The position numbers and the translations under genes were made by a program. Shown piece by piece: positions 32,807 to 40,144 of a stretch of DNA of 51,498 nucleotides. Source of the stretch: a virus; IMG/VR virus record IMGVR_UViG_3300045988_067228, positions 1-51,498 of that record. The stretch is one strand, 5' to 3'. Position 1 is the first letter of the stretch, and each line of letters starts with the position of its first letter. The notes beneath the pieces were generated by a model. It searched no databases, had not been told where the DNA came from, and saw only the letters and a program-made list of their open reading frames with translations.

Positions 32807-33229
32807 ATGGCTGAATACAGCAACAGCGCAATCGTAACCGTTGCCGCTGGTCAGAACGTGCCTTTTACTGAGGAGGCCAACACGGGCAAGCCCTGCATTG
32901 TGCATCGGGAAGGCGCTGGACTTGTGACTCTTCGCGGGCTAACGAACCAGTGCCGGGCAAAATTCAAAGTCTCCTTTGGAGCGAATATTGCTATCCCCAC
33001 CGGTGGGACCGTGGAGGCCATCACGGCAGCGATCTCCATCAATGGTGAGGCGCTGAACGCTTCCACCGCTACCGCCACCCCGGTTGCCGCAGAGGATTTC
33101 TTCAATATTTATGTTTCCGCTGTGGTTGATGTCCCTCGTGGCTGCTGTGTTACCGTAGCCGCCCGAAATACCAGCACCCAGCCTATCCTCGTTGCCAACA
33201 GTAATTTTATTGTTGAGCGTGTGGCTTGA
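32807..33229 (+). CDS. Small beta-rich protein, BclA-C-terminal/C1q-TNF-like pattern suspected (140 aa)
   Basis: Alternating beta pattern ...VTLRGL...FKVSFGANIAIP...ISINGEAL...VAARNTS...NSNFIVERV. This is inference only. Confidence 0.5.
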   Translation: MAEYSNSAIVTVAAGQNVPFTEEANTGKPCIVHREGAGLVTLRGLTNQCRAKFKVSFGANIAIPTGGTVEAITAAISINGEALNASTATATPVAAEDFFNIYVSAVVDVPRGCCVTVAARNTSTQPILVANSNFIVERVA

Positions 33230-33243
33230 AAGGAGAGTCAAGA

Positions 33244-33630
33244 ATGTATATGCATGAACTGAAAGAAAAGCTCTGCGAAGAGTTGGAGGAGATCGCCCGC
33301 AAGCCGGAGATGTCTGCCGGGGACCTGGAGGCCGCCCACAAGCTGACCGACACCATCAAGAACATCGACAAGATCGAGATGCTGGAAGAGGACGATGGGT
33401 ACAGCCGGGCCGGGAACTGGGAGGCCGATATGCGCGGTACTTATGCCCGCGGCTCCAGCTACCGTGGCCGGAAGCGGGATTCCATGGGACGTTATAGCCG
33501 GGATGGAAGATATTCTCGACACGCATCTCCTGACATGATGGATAAGCTACAGACGATGATGGATAATGCCTCAACTGAACGTGAGCGTGACGCCATCCGG
33601 CGTCTGATGAACGAGATGGAGATGGAGTAA
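33244..33630 (+). CDS. Conserved hypothetical charged protein (128 aa)
   Basis: AAAGGAGAG SD. ...SAGDLEAAHKLTDTIKNIDKIEMLEEDDGYSR... and R/S/Y-rich repeats. Confidence 0.65.
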   Translation: MYMHELKEKLCEELEEIARKPEMSAGDLEAAHKLTDTIKNIDKIEMLEEDDGYSRAGNWEADMRGTYARGSSYRGRKRDSMGRYSRDGRYSRHASPDMMDKLQTMMDNASTERERDAIRRLMNEMEME

Positions 33631-33642
33631 GGGGGTGGCCCT

Positions 33643-34116
33643 ATGGGCGAAACTGAAGCTCGTGGTTGGCTACTGCTAAAAATTGCCGAGTGTATGGGCG
33701 AGGAACCATCTGACCGTATGGCTGACAGACTGGCAACATATAACGGAGCCTATCAGGCGATTTGCCAGTGGGAGGGCCAGCGCCCAAGAACTAGCAATTT
33801 GCAATCTAATAAATCGTTCACTCTAGCTGACGCAGAGGACTGGACATCTCGTATGGTAAACGCCGACGGAACAAAAGGGCCGCACTGGACTCTGGAGCAG
33901 GTTAAACAGATCATGGCCCAAAGAAACATACCCGGAGACCCGGCGCAATTTTGGGCTGCAATAAATATGATCTATTCTGACTACTGCAAGGCCATCCAAA
34001 AAACATCAGCGAATACCCTGGACTTCTATGTTTCGATCACCAGGGCATTTCTGGATGACGAGGACGCCAACCCCGACAAACTCAAACTCTACTATGACCA
34101 TATCGTCAAGCATTAA
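33643..34116 (+). CDS. Conserved hypothetical protein (157 aa)
   Basis: ...WTSRMVNADGTKGPHWTLEQ...INMIYSDYC... A strong terminator follows. Confidence 0.65.
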   Translation: MGETEARGWLLLKIAECMGEEPSDRMADRLATYNGAYQAICQWEGQRPRTSNLQSNKSFTLADAEDWTSRMVNADGTKGPHWTLEQVKQIMAQRNIPGDPAQFWAAINMIYSDYCKAIQKTSANTLDFYVSITRAFLDDEDANPDKLKLYYDHIVKH

Positions 34117-34121
34117 AATGA

Positions 34122-34152
34122 CCCCGCTCTCAATTGAGAGCGGGGATTTTAT
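34122..34152 (+). terminator. Strong rho-independent terminator
   Basis: CCCCGCTCTC-AATT-GAGAGCGGGG followed by ATTTTAT. Confidence 0.85.
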
Positions 34153-34299
34153 ATATGCAAGTCAACTATATGCAAAAATTATACTTTCAAAAAAGCGAGG
34201 AGCAGGTATGGGGCATTATGGGTGACTTGATGGACACGCTACAAGTTGCTAATCTGAGAATATATAATGGAGTAATTCGAAAGATTAGAGGATTGCGAT

Positions 34300-34322
34300 G
34301 TTACTTACATGTTACTAACAAA
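34300..34322 (+). repeat. Candidate integrase arm-type site GTTACTAACAAA (plus partial copy GTTACTTACA)
   Basis: 34311-34322 is identical to 34529-34540. The partial copy is at 34300-34309. Confidence 0.55.
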
Positions 34323-34339
34323 CCCAAAATCTTGTGGAC

Positions 34340-34374
34340 AAAAAGAAACCCTAAAACCTTTGCGGCTCTAGGGC
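34340..34374 (-). terminator. Phage-supplied terminator behind the tRNA 3' fragment
   Basis: CCCTA 34349-53 pairs with TAGGG 34369-73. A U-run follows on the minus strand (plus aaaaagaaa). Confidence 0.5.
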
Positions 34375-34380
34375 TTTCTT

Positions 34381-34425
34381 TGGTGGAGACTACTGGACTC
34401 GAACCAGTGACCTCCTGCGTGTGAA
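34381..34425 (-). other. attP core: 45-nt 3' half of a tRNA-Val(CAC)-like gene (anticodon loop to CCA)
   Basis: Minus strand reads ttCACac-gcagg-aggtc-actggTTCGAGTccagt-agtctcc-aCCA. There is no matching 5' half, so this is not a full tRNA. Confidence 0.75.
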
Positions 34426-34528
34426 ATATAGTATTATACTTTCTCAAAACATTGTAGAAGGGTCAAACCGAGTAATTTCAAGGAAAATTGAAACTTCAAT
34501 CGAGGAAAAATCTCAAAAACTTTTTTAG

Positions 34529-34540
34529 GTTACTAACAAA
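34529..34540 (+). repeat. Second copy of the arm-type repeat GTTACTAACAAA
   Basis: Exact 12-mer repeat on the other side of the core, next to the integrase stop. Confidence 0.55.
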
Positions 34541-34543
34541 TTT

Positions 34544-35620
34544 CTAACAATTCTCGACTGCCTGTATCAATTCATCTGCGTCTGTATGCACATAGATATT
34601 TGCTGTGGTACTGTAATCCGCATGGCCCAGGATTTTTTGCAAGGTCTCCGGAGCCATTCCCTGTTTTCTTGCCCAGCTGGCGTAAGTGTGCCGAGTGCAA
34701 TGCGGGTTTTTCTGCGGAATGCCCAGTTTCTTCAACAGAGGGTAGTAATCCCGTTTTCGGTAGTTTTCCGGGCGGTGCTGTCCGGTATATCCAGACAGGA
34801 GCAGCGGTCCGGTTGCCTGTTGGGCGAAATAGGCAAAATAGCCGCGCCCTTCTAGACGGATAGGAATGATGCGATTGCGTCCGGCCTCTGTTTTTTCTCC
34901 GCCTATAACATAGGCACCGTGGTAGTCCGCAAGAGGCAGTGAGAACAACTCCCCAATACGCATACCTGTATAAATTAGCATAAGAACGATTTTTGCCGTT
35001 TCGCTGTTATCAGCTTCCAGTTTTGCGATTTCTTGGTCTGTAAAGATGTCTTTTTCTTTTTTGACGTTTTCCGGGAGCCGGACGAATTTGGCAAAGTTGG
35101 TGGTGCAGATTTCCTCCCGGATGGCCCATTGTGACATCTGCGTAATCAACTGCTTGTACTTTGACACGGTGGAGTGCGATTTCTGCATGTGTGGGTCTAG
35201 GGCCAACTGAAAATCTGCTGTGCGGAGGTCCCTGAATTTCTTCTCGTGGAGCGGGGTAAACACAGCAAAGGCCCGATTGTATCCCTCAATTCCTTTTTCG
35301 CCGATCTCCTGATAATGCTCAGCTTTCCACACCTCAAATACCTCGGCAAATGTCATGTTGTACCGCTCAGACAAGTCCCGACCAGACAGTTTTTCCAGAG
35401 CCTCTGTAGCGTCTGTTTTGCGCTCATAATACCCGATGATTACTTTATTTTTGGCAGCTACCCAAGGACGGCGCCGCCGGCCGGACAGCTTATAAACTGT
35501 TCCGGTGCCATTCGCACGTTTCAAGGCCTTCCGTGGGGGAGTGCCAGTCTGTTTCTTTCCGCAGGCAGGACAGTATGTCGCCCCTTTAGGCAACTCCGCT
35601 TTGCAACGTATACAGTTCAA
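34544..35620 (-). CDS. int: Tyrosine integrase with N-terminal zinc ribbon
   Basis: CIRCKAELPKGATYCPACG at the N-terminus. C-terminal HCTRHTYASWA...LGHADYSTTANIYVH is the catalytic R-H-R-Y region. Confidence 0.9.
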   Translation of the reverse strand: MNCIRCKAELPKGATYCPACGKKQTGTPPRKALKRANGTGTVYKLSGRRRRPWVAAKNKVIIGYYERKTDATEALEKLSGRDLSERYNMTFAEVFEVWKAEHYQEIGEKGIEGYNRAFAVFTPLHEKKFRDLRTADFQLALDPHMQKSHSTVSKYKQLITQMSQWAIREEICTTNFAKFVRLPENVKKEKDIFTDQEIAKLEADNSETAKIVLMLIYTGMRIGELFSLPLADYHGAYVIGGEKTEAGRNRIIPIRLEGRGYFAYFAQQATGPLLLSGYTGQHRPENYRKRDYYPLLKKLGIPQKNPHCTRHTYASWARKQGMAPETLQKILGHADYSTTANIYVHTDADELIQAVENC

Positions 35621-35671
35621 AAAGACACCCCCTTATAAGTACGCCGCCAGGGGAGACCTGACGGCGGTTTT

Positions 35672-35920
35672 TTATGCTTCCCAATGATACCCGCAATTTT
35701 GGCAAACACACACAGATTTTTGCTTTTGTTTCAGTTTTTGTTTTTTGGGCGCAAAAATTTTTACAATTAAAGCGGGAAGTGTAAACACAAGCCATTTAAT
35801 AAAAATCCACCACCAACCAATGCAAATCCACCATATAATCCCGTGATGTTTGTCTACTAACTGCGTTTCGGTTACCATTTGAACGCTGACGTTTTCGCTT
35901 CCACATTTAGGGCATTGCAT
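35672..35920 (-). CDS. Zinc-ribbon membrane protein (82 aa), lysogeny-module moron
   Basis: CPKCGS...CQNCG flank a Trp-rich TM hairpin (IIWWICIGWWWIFIKWLVFTLPALIV). Confidence 0.65.
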   Translation of the reverse strand: MQCPKCGSENVSVQMVTETQLVDKHHGIIWWICIGWWWIFIKWLVFTLPALIVKIFAPKKQKLKQKQKSVCVCQNCGYHWEA

Positions 35921-36021
35921 AGTTTTCCCTCTCTCTAAAAAATTTTATTTTTGTTGCACGCTTCTGTGCAATTTCGACACAACGTTAAGCATATATTGTA
36001 AACAAAAAGGAGGAATGTCGG

Positions 36022-36186
36022 ATGAACCTTGAAAAAGACCTGATCCAGATTATCAGCAAAAGCACAAACAAGGAGGCCGCTATTCTGACTGCGATGGAAG
36101 TAATCCACGCTGAACTAGAACGGCTTTTATCTGAGCCAGAATTCCCGCTTTCAGATCATCAGGCAACAAGCGGAAAATCTGAATAA
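36022..36186 (+). CDS. Small ORF (54 aa) with strong SD, convergent and antisense-overlapping the repressor 3' end; not in the ORF track
   Basis: AAAGGAGGAA 7 nt upstream of ATG 36022. Overlaps 36080-36186 of the minus-strand gene. Confidence 0.35.
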   Translation: MNLEKDLIQIISKSTNKEAAILTAMEVIHAELERLLSEPEFPLSDHQATSGKSE

Positions 36187-36433
36187 GTTCTTCTTCCATC
36201 CCGTCTACCTTTTCGGTGGGCGGGATTTCTTTTTGCCCAGTCAGAAAAGAAACTTCAACTCCGAACAAATCTGCAATTCTTTGGATGGTCGTTTCTGCTG
36301 GAACAGTTTTCTCGTTTCTCCATTGGGAGACCGCTGATGCTGTTACGTCAGCCTTTTCATAAAATTCTGCTTTTGTCATTTTTCGCTCTTTACGGAGCCT
36401 ATCAATCTGAGCGAGAAAATAAATAATGTCCAT
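36080..36433 (-). CDS. CI-like repressor (XRE-family HTH)
   Basis: IDRLRKERKMTKAEFYEKADVTASAVSQWRNEKTVPAETTIQRIADLFGV is an HTH_XRE pattern. Divergent from the cro-like gene. Confidence 0.85.
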   Translation of the reverse strand: MDIIYFLAQIDRLRKERKMTKAEFYEKADVTASAVSQWRNEKTVPAETTIQRIADLFGVEVSFLTGQKEIPPTEKVDGMEEELIQIFRLLPDDLKAGILAQIKAVLVQRGLLPSQSE

Positions 36434-36476
36434 AAAGTCCCTTTCAAAATCACTTAATAAAATTAAGAATAAGGGC

Positions 36477-36505
36477 TTGACATTAAGAGGCCAATGCTAT
36501 ATACT
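36477..36505 (+). promoter_or_regulatory. Early rightward promoter TTGACA-17-TATACT
   Basis: TTGACA 36477-82, TATACT 36500-05. The operator copy at 36504-13 overlaps the -10. Confidence 0.7.
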
Positions 36506-36629
36506 TAATATTGTTAAGTGATTAAGCCACAAAAAACCAGGCCCACTTAATATTGGGCTTGCACCGTTTTCTATTGTCCTGACAATCCAATATTAAGCGG
36601 TGCAGCCCAAGATGTCAAGTAATATTAAG
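36504..36629. promoter_or_regulatory. Four operator half-site copies CTTAATATTG / (C/T)AATATTAAG of the genetic switch
   Basis: 36504-13 and 36546-55 are forward. 36588-97 and 36620-29 are reverse. Read directly. Confidence 0.7.
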
Positions 36630-36647
36630 CGTTTTGGGGGTGAAATT

Positions 36648-36848
36648 TTGAGATTTAAGGAATGCAGGGAAAAAGCGGGTCTTTCACAAAGGGAAGTTGG
36701 GGACAGACTTGGTATTTCCGATTCTGCTGTTTGCCTTTGGGAGAGAGAACAGGGCGGATCACTTCCTAGAGCTAGTATGCTCCCTGCAATCGCAAAGCTC
36801 TACGGCGTCACCGTAGACAAGCTTCTTTCGGATCAGGGCGAAGGGTGA
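36648..36848 (+). CDS. Cro-like XRE HTH regulator
   Basis: LRFKECREKAGLSQREVGDRLGISDSAVCLWERE. TTG 36648 follows GGGGGTGA; alternative starts are 36612 and 36600. Confidence 0.8.
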   Translation: MRFKECREKAGLSQREVGDRLGISDSAVCLWEREQGGSLPRASMLPAIAKLYGVTVDKLLSDQGEG

Positions 36849-36863
36849 GGGGAGGTGAGAGAG

Positions 36864-37007
36864 ATGGACAATCAGCAGATATTAGAGACGCTCGAAAAGC
36901 AGCTGCAACTACTTTCCGAGCGTTCCAAGAAGTGCATATCAGATAGCGACTTGGTAGCACTTTCTAATGCAATGCTTAGCATTAGTCAGTTGCTTTTAAA
37001 TCCTTGA
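36864..37007 (+). CDS. Small hypothetical protein (47 aa); not in the ORF track
   Basis: GGGAGGTGAGAGAG then ATG 36864. Helical sequence. Confidence 0.5.
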   Translation: MDNQQILETLEKQLQLLSERSKKCISDSDLVALSNAMLSISQLLLNP

Positions 37008-37191
37008 ACCATCCAGATTTAGCTTTAATTCGGTGGTCTTTAAGGATTTCATAGTACGCTTCTTGATACATAGTATGAATTTCTGACGGTGTTTTTTCTC
37101 TAAGGTCTTGATTTTGCAGATAAAGCATCGCAAGTGCCTCTGCATAGCTATCAGGAAACGTCTTGAGAGTTTCATTAGACATAAGGCTCAC
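36982..37191 (-). CDS. Hypothetical protein (69 aa), opposite strand within the early region
   Basis: AAGGGGGTGA SD before ATG 37191. The 3' end overlaps the previous ORF by 26 nt. Confidence 0.6.
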   Translation of the reverse strand: MSLMSNETLKTFPDSYAEALAMLYLQNQDLREKTPSEIHTMYQEAYYEILKDHRIKAKSGWFKDLKATD

Positions 37192-37354
37192 CCCCTTTCT
37201 CCCCTCATCCTATCACATTCAGGGAGAAAGGACAATAAAGATGCCCCCGCCAGTGCTAGCGACACCGACGAGGGCTGCGGAGACCTATTGATAGTGCCAA
37301 CAGGCCCGCGAGGTTATTATACACGCCTCCGGGTCAAATGACAAGGAGGTTTTT

Positions 37355-37618
37355 ATGAACGAAAAAGACAGCATTCAAGCCCTTGAAAGGCAGGCAAGGA
37401 ACACCAATCGTCTTATGGACAATCTCTGTCTCGCCTGGAAGGGCCGCACATGGGAGGAGGCCCACATGGATTACACATTTGAAGATTACCGCAAGGCACT
37501 GGAAGGTGCTGGCCCCAAGTTGAAGGAGCTGATTCTGGACCGGGCGGCACATGATCCCGGCATCGACTTGATGGAACTGAAAGAACTGGTATCCAGTGCG
37601 TACCCGGAAGATGTGTAA
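37355..37618 (+). CDS. Hypothetical early protein (87 aa)
   Basis: AAGGAGG SD. Confidence 0.65.
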   Translation: MNEKDSIQALERQARNTNRLMDNLCLAWKGRTWEEAHMDYTFEDYRKALEGAGPKLKELILDRAAHDPGIDLMELKELVSSAYPEDV

Positions 37619-37685
37619 AAAATCCCGCCTGACCGTTACCAGCAGTCAGACGGGCAAGGATTGAGCAACCACGAACAATCCCTTT
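37617..37685 (-). ncRNA. Candidate ~70-nt antisense sRNA (OOP-like arrangement)
   Basis: Minus-strand TTGATT-17-TATACT (plus 37715-20 / 37692-97), two hairpins, and a terminator stem 37624-33/37645-54 that is perfect only in the minus RNA. U6 follows. Confidence 0.5.
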
Positions 37686-37730
37686 GGATACAGTATATCG
37701 CCTCCAAGGGGAGAAATCAAGGAGGTTTTT

Positions 37731-37943
37731 ATGATTGAAGCACTGACGGCAGCAGAAGCAACAGAAGTCCTTCGCAATGCGGGGCTGCGTATTACTCCGG
37801 AGACTATCCGGGATGGCATCCAAAAGAGAGTATTCCCGTTCGGGGACTGCGTAATGGCCGAGGACGGCAAGAAAGTCAAATGGTGCTATATCTATAAGGC
37901 TTTGCTAGATCGCTGGATCGCCGAAAGAACGGTGAGCGCATGA
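37731..37943 (+). CDS. Excisionase-like small HTH protein
   Basis: AAGGAGG SD. LTAAEATEVLRNAGLRITPETIRDGI... is MerR/Xis-like. Call rests on size and position. Confidence 0.55.
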   Translation: MIEALTAAEATEVLRNAGLRITPETIRDGIQKRVFPFGDCVMAEDGKKVKWCYIYKALLDRWIAERTVSA

Positions 37944-38044
37944 GCATTGAAATGGGTATAGTGGCGGCAATCATTATCATTGGAACGGCCAAGGTTGCCG
38001 GATGGTTTATGCGCTTCCTTTCCTGGATGGAGGGAGAGCGGTGA
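37940..38044 (+). CDS. 34-aa single-TM peptide; not in the ORF track
   Basis: ATGA coupling on both sides. MSIEMGIVAAIIIIGTAKVAGWFMRFLSWMEGER. Confidence 0.45.
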   Translation: MSIEMGIVAAIIIIGTAKVAGWFMRFLSWMEGER

Positions 38045-38631
38045 AGAAACTGACACGGGAAGAGCGGCGGCGCCGGAGCCAGAGGCGGTTGCAGCTGATT
38101 ACATATCTCCTGTTTCTGATCTTGCTGCTGGCGTGGCTGGGAAGCTACCTGATTATGACGGTGGAGGCGGAACTGCCCGCTATGCACAAGCCGGAGCCCG
38201 CCACGCAGGACGGCAGCCTACCCGGCGACGATACCCCGGCCACCACTCGCTGTTATCTGACAGCAGAAAAGATCGAGGAAAACGAGAATGAGCTTATAGA
38301 AGCTGCTTTGCTGGCCCGGTCTCACAAGCTGGAGGACGTGACCATCACCTTCTACTGCTGCGAGGAACGGCCCCACATCTGTGGGACAGGCTCCGGCATC
38401 ACAGCCAGCGGGAGGCGTGTAACGCCCTATGTGAGCTGCGCCGTGGACCCTGATGTAATCCCGCTTGGGAGCACCATCATGGTCGAGTACAACGGCGGGA
38501 TGGTGTATCTGAGAGCCGATGATACCGGGACGGCAGTCAAGGGGAACCATATTGATATTGCCGTCAAGGAGCACCAGGAAGCCTTATCACTGGGGACAAA
38601 GACGGCAGACATTTGGTGGTGCGAAGAATGA
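38041..38631 (+). CDS. Membrane-anchored 3D-domain (RlpA/MltA-like) cell-wall-binding/lytic protein
   Basis: GTG after GGAGGGAG. TM segment, then ...GSGITASGRRVTPYVSCAVDPDVIPLGSTIMV...YLRADDTGTAVKGNHIDI (3D-domain pattern). Confidence 0.7.
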   Translation: MKKLTREERRRRSQRRLQLITYLLFLILLLAWLGSYLIMTVEAELPAMHKPEPATQDGSLPGDDTPATTRCYLTAEKIEENENELIEAALLARSHKLEDVTITFYCCEERPHICGTGSGITASGRRVTPYVSCAVDPDVIPLGSTIMVEYNGGMVYLRADDTGTAVKGNHIDIAVKEHQEALSLGTKTADIWWCEE

Positions 38632-38825
38632 ACGCACATGCGAAACGCCCAAGAGGCGAGTTAGGCCCCTGCCCAAGATGCGGATTGTATTCCGGCCAGC
38701 GATTGGCAATCGAGGGCAATCCGGATATGTTCCTGGTGGCCTGCGCCGCCTGCGGGTGGAGGACACGGAAATATAAGGACATTAACCACGCGACAAGGGA
38801 GTGGAACCATGCGGGGGAAAATTAA
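38628..38825 (+). CDS. Lar-family restriction-alleviation-like zinc-ribbon protein
   Basis: CPRCG...CAACGW...ATREWNH fits the Lar-family pattern (Zn ribbon + A..WN). Confidence 0.6.
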   Translation: MNAHAKRPRGELGPCPRCGLYSGQRLAIEGNPDMFLVACAACGWRTRKYKDINHATREWNHAGEN

Positions 38826-39024
38826 ATATCCAACATGCAGCCAGTGTGACCACGAGTTGAACCCGGAGCTGGAAGATGACTGCGAGAAGTATTACCTCGT
38901 TGGAGGCGAAATCTACTGTAAGTTCTGCTTCCAGGATTGGCTGCGTGATTTGGTGGATAATGATCCTGATATGTTGGCCGATGCGCTAAACATAATGAAG
39001 ATATATGTGGAGGAGGGAGCATGA
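38809..39024 (+). CDS. Small zinc-finger protein (71 aa)
   Basis: CSQCDH...CKFC. Confidence 0.55.
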   Translation: MRGKIKYPTCSQCDHELNPELEDDCEKYYLVGGEIYCKFCFQDWLRDLVDNDPDMLADALNIMKIYVEEGA

Positions 39025-39215
39025 AAAGCAAAATTGTCCTGAATGTTTATCGTCCCGAAAAAGGAATGTGCGGCGTCGTTCGCCTGGACGAAGAAGCAGA
39101 ACGGCTCATCAGGCAGCTCCAGCGGGAAACAGGGCTGTCTGCCAAATACATCGTTTCGCAAATTATTATCCAGGGATTTGACTTGGTTGAAATCAAGGAG
39201 GAAAAAGAGCAATGA
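39021..39215 (+). CDS. Hypothetical protein (64 aa)
   Basis: ATGA coupling. Confidence 0.55.
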   Translation: MKSKIVLNVYRPEKGMCGVVRLDEEAERLIRQLQRETGLSAKYIVSQIIIQGFDLVEIKEEKEQ

Positions 39216-40144
39216 TCGTCAAGCCTGAAAACATGGATTTTTCTAAAAAGAACATCATTATGATCATCAGCGGTCTCCCCGGTGTGGGAAAAACCACCCT
39301 GGCACTGTCAGCCCCGGATGTTGTTCTGATCGACGCAGATGAGGGGTTAAGCCGGGTAAAGCCAGAGCACCGAAAGGATAGTTCCATGGTCAAGACCTAT
39401 GAAGAACTTCTGGCTGACATTAAATCTTTCGAGGGGCGCTACAAGACGGTGGCAATTGACACCTGTGGAGCCTTGATTGACTTGATAAAAGACTGGGCTA
39501 TACGGACGGAGCCGTCTGCCAGCAAAAAGTCCGGTGGATTTAGCCAGCAGGGGTACGGATTTGTCAAGACGGAGTTCCTGCGCCTGTCCGCCGAGCTGCG
39601 GAAGAAGTTCAATGTGGTTTTCTTGTTCCATGCCGCCAAGGATCGGCAGGGAGACGAGGTGTTTTACGACATTGTATGCGAGGGGTCCGCAAAAACGCTG
39701 GTCTGGCAACCTGCTGATCTTGGCGCTTACCTTCATATCGTTAATGGGGAACGTTACATGGGGTTCACCCCCACCATGAATTACAACGCCAAATCCGCCT
39801 ATGGTATCAAGGGCCTGGTCAAGGTCCCGGAACTTGCGGATGGACAGCCTAACGATTTCCTGCTCCGTCTGTTCGCCCAGGTCAAGTCCAACATCGCTGC
39901 GGAGCACGCGGCTCTTCAGCCTCAGCAGGAACAGTACGACAAGACCATGATGGAAGGAAGAGCGGTTATCGAGACCATCCAGAATCCCGAGGACGTGACA
40001 GAGGCCACAAAGGCTATCAAAGGGTTATCTCACGCGCTGACCAGTGAGCGAGAGTTAAAAGCAGCCCTAATGGAACGGATTAAAGAACTTGGGATTGCCT
40101 ACAACAAGGAGACAAAAGCCTATGAATGGGCGAAAAGGCAATAA
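39212..40144 (+). CDS. AAA_24 / Sak4-like RecA-fold ATPase (recombination)
   Basis: Walker A ISGLPGVGKTTLAL and Walker B-like VAIDT. Typical partner genes follow. Confidence 0.8.
   Translation: MIVKPENMDFSKKNIIMIISGLPGVGKTTLALSAPDVVLIDADEGLSRVKPEHRKDSSMVKTYEELLADIKSFEGRYKTVAIDTCGALIDLIKDWAIRTEPSASKKSGGFSQQGYGFVKTEFLRLSAELRKKFNVVFLFHAAKDRQGDEVFYDIVCEGSAKTLVWQPADLGAYLHIVNGERYMGFTPTMNYNAKSAYGIKGLVKVPELADGQPNDFLLRLFAQVKSNIAAEHAALQPQQEQYDKTMMEGRAVIETIQNPEDVTEATKAIKGLSHALTSERELKAALMERIKELGIAYNKETKAYEWAKRQ

Noticed and set aside
31858-32823. 321-aa minus-strand ORF
   Set aside because: It is a shadow ORF antisense to the Gly/Cys-rich gene 31927-32694, which has a strong SD and a coherent domain layout.
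34381-34460. Possible complete tRNA gene on the minus strand
   Set aside because: Only the anticodon loop, variable loop, T-arm, 3' acceptor strand and CCA are present. The sequence upstream cannot form the acceptor 5' strand, D-arm or anticodon 5' strand. It is an attP tRNA fragment and not a gene.
37289-37301. Partial match (AGTGCCAAC) to the late-operon motif in the early region
   Set aside because: It is a single half-length copy with no second copy, no complementary 3' arm and no TATAT box. It is probably a chance match.
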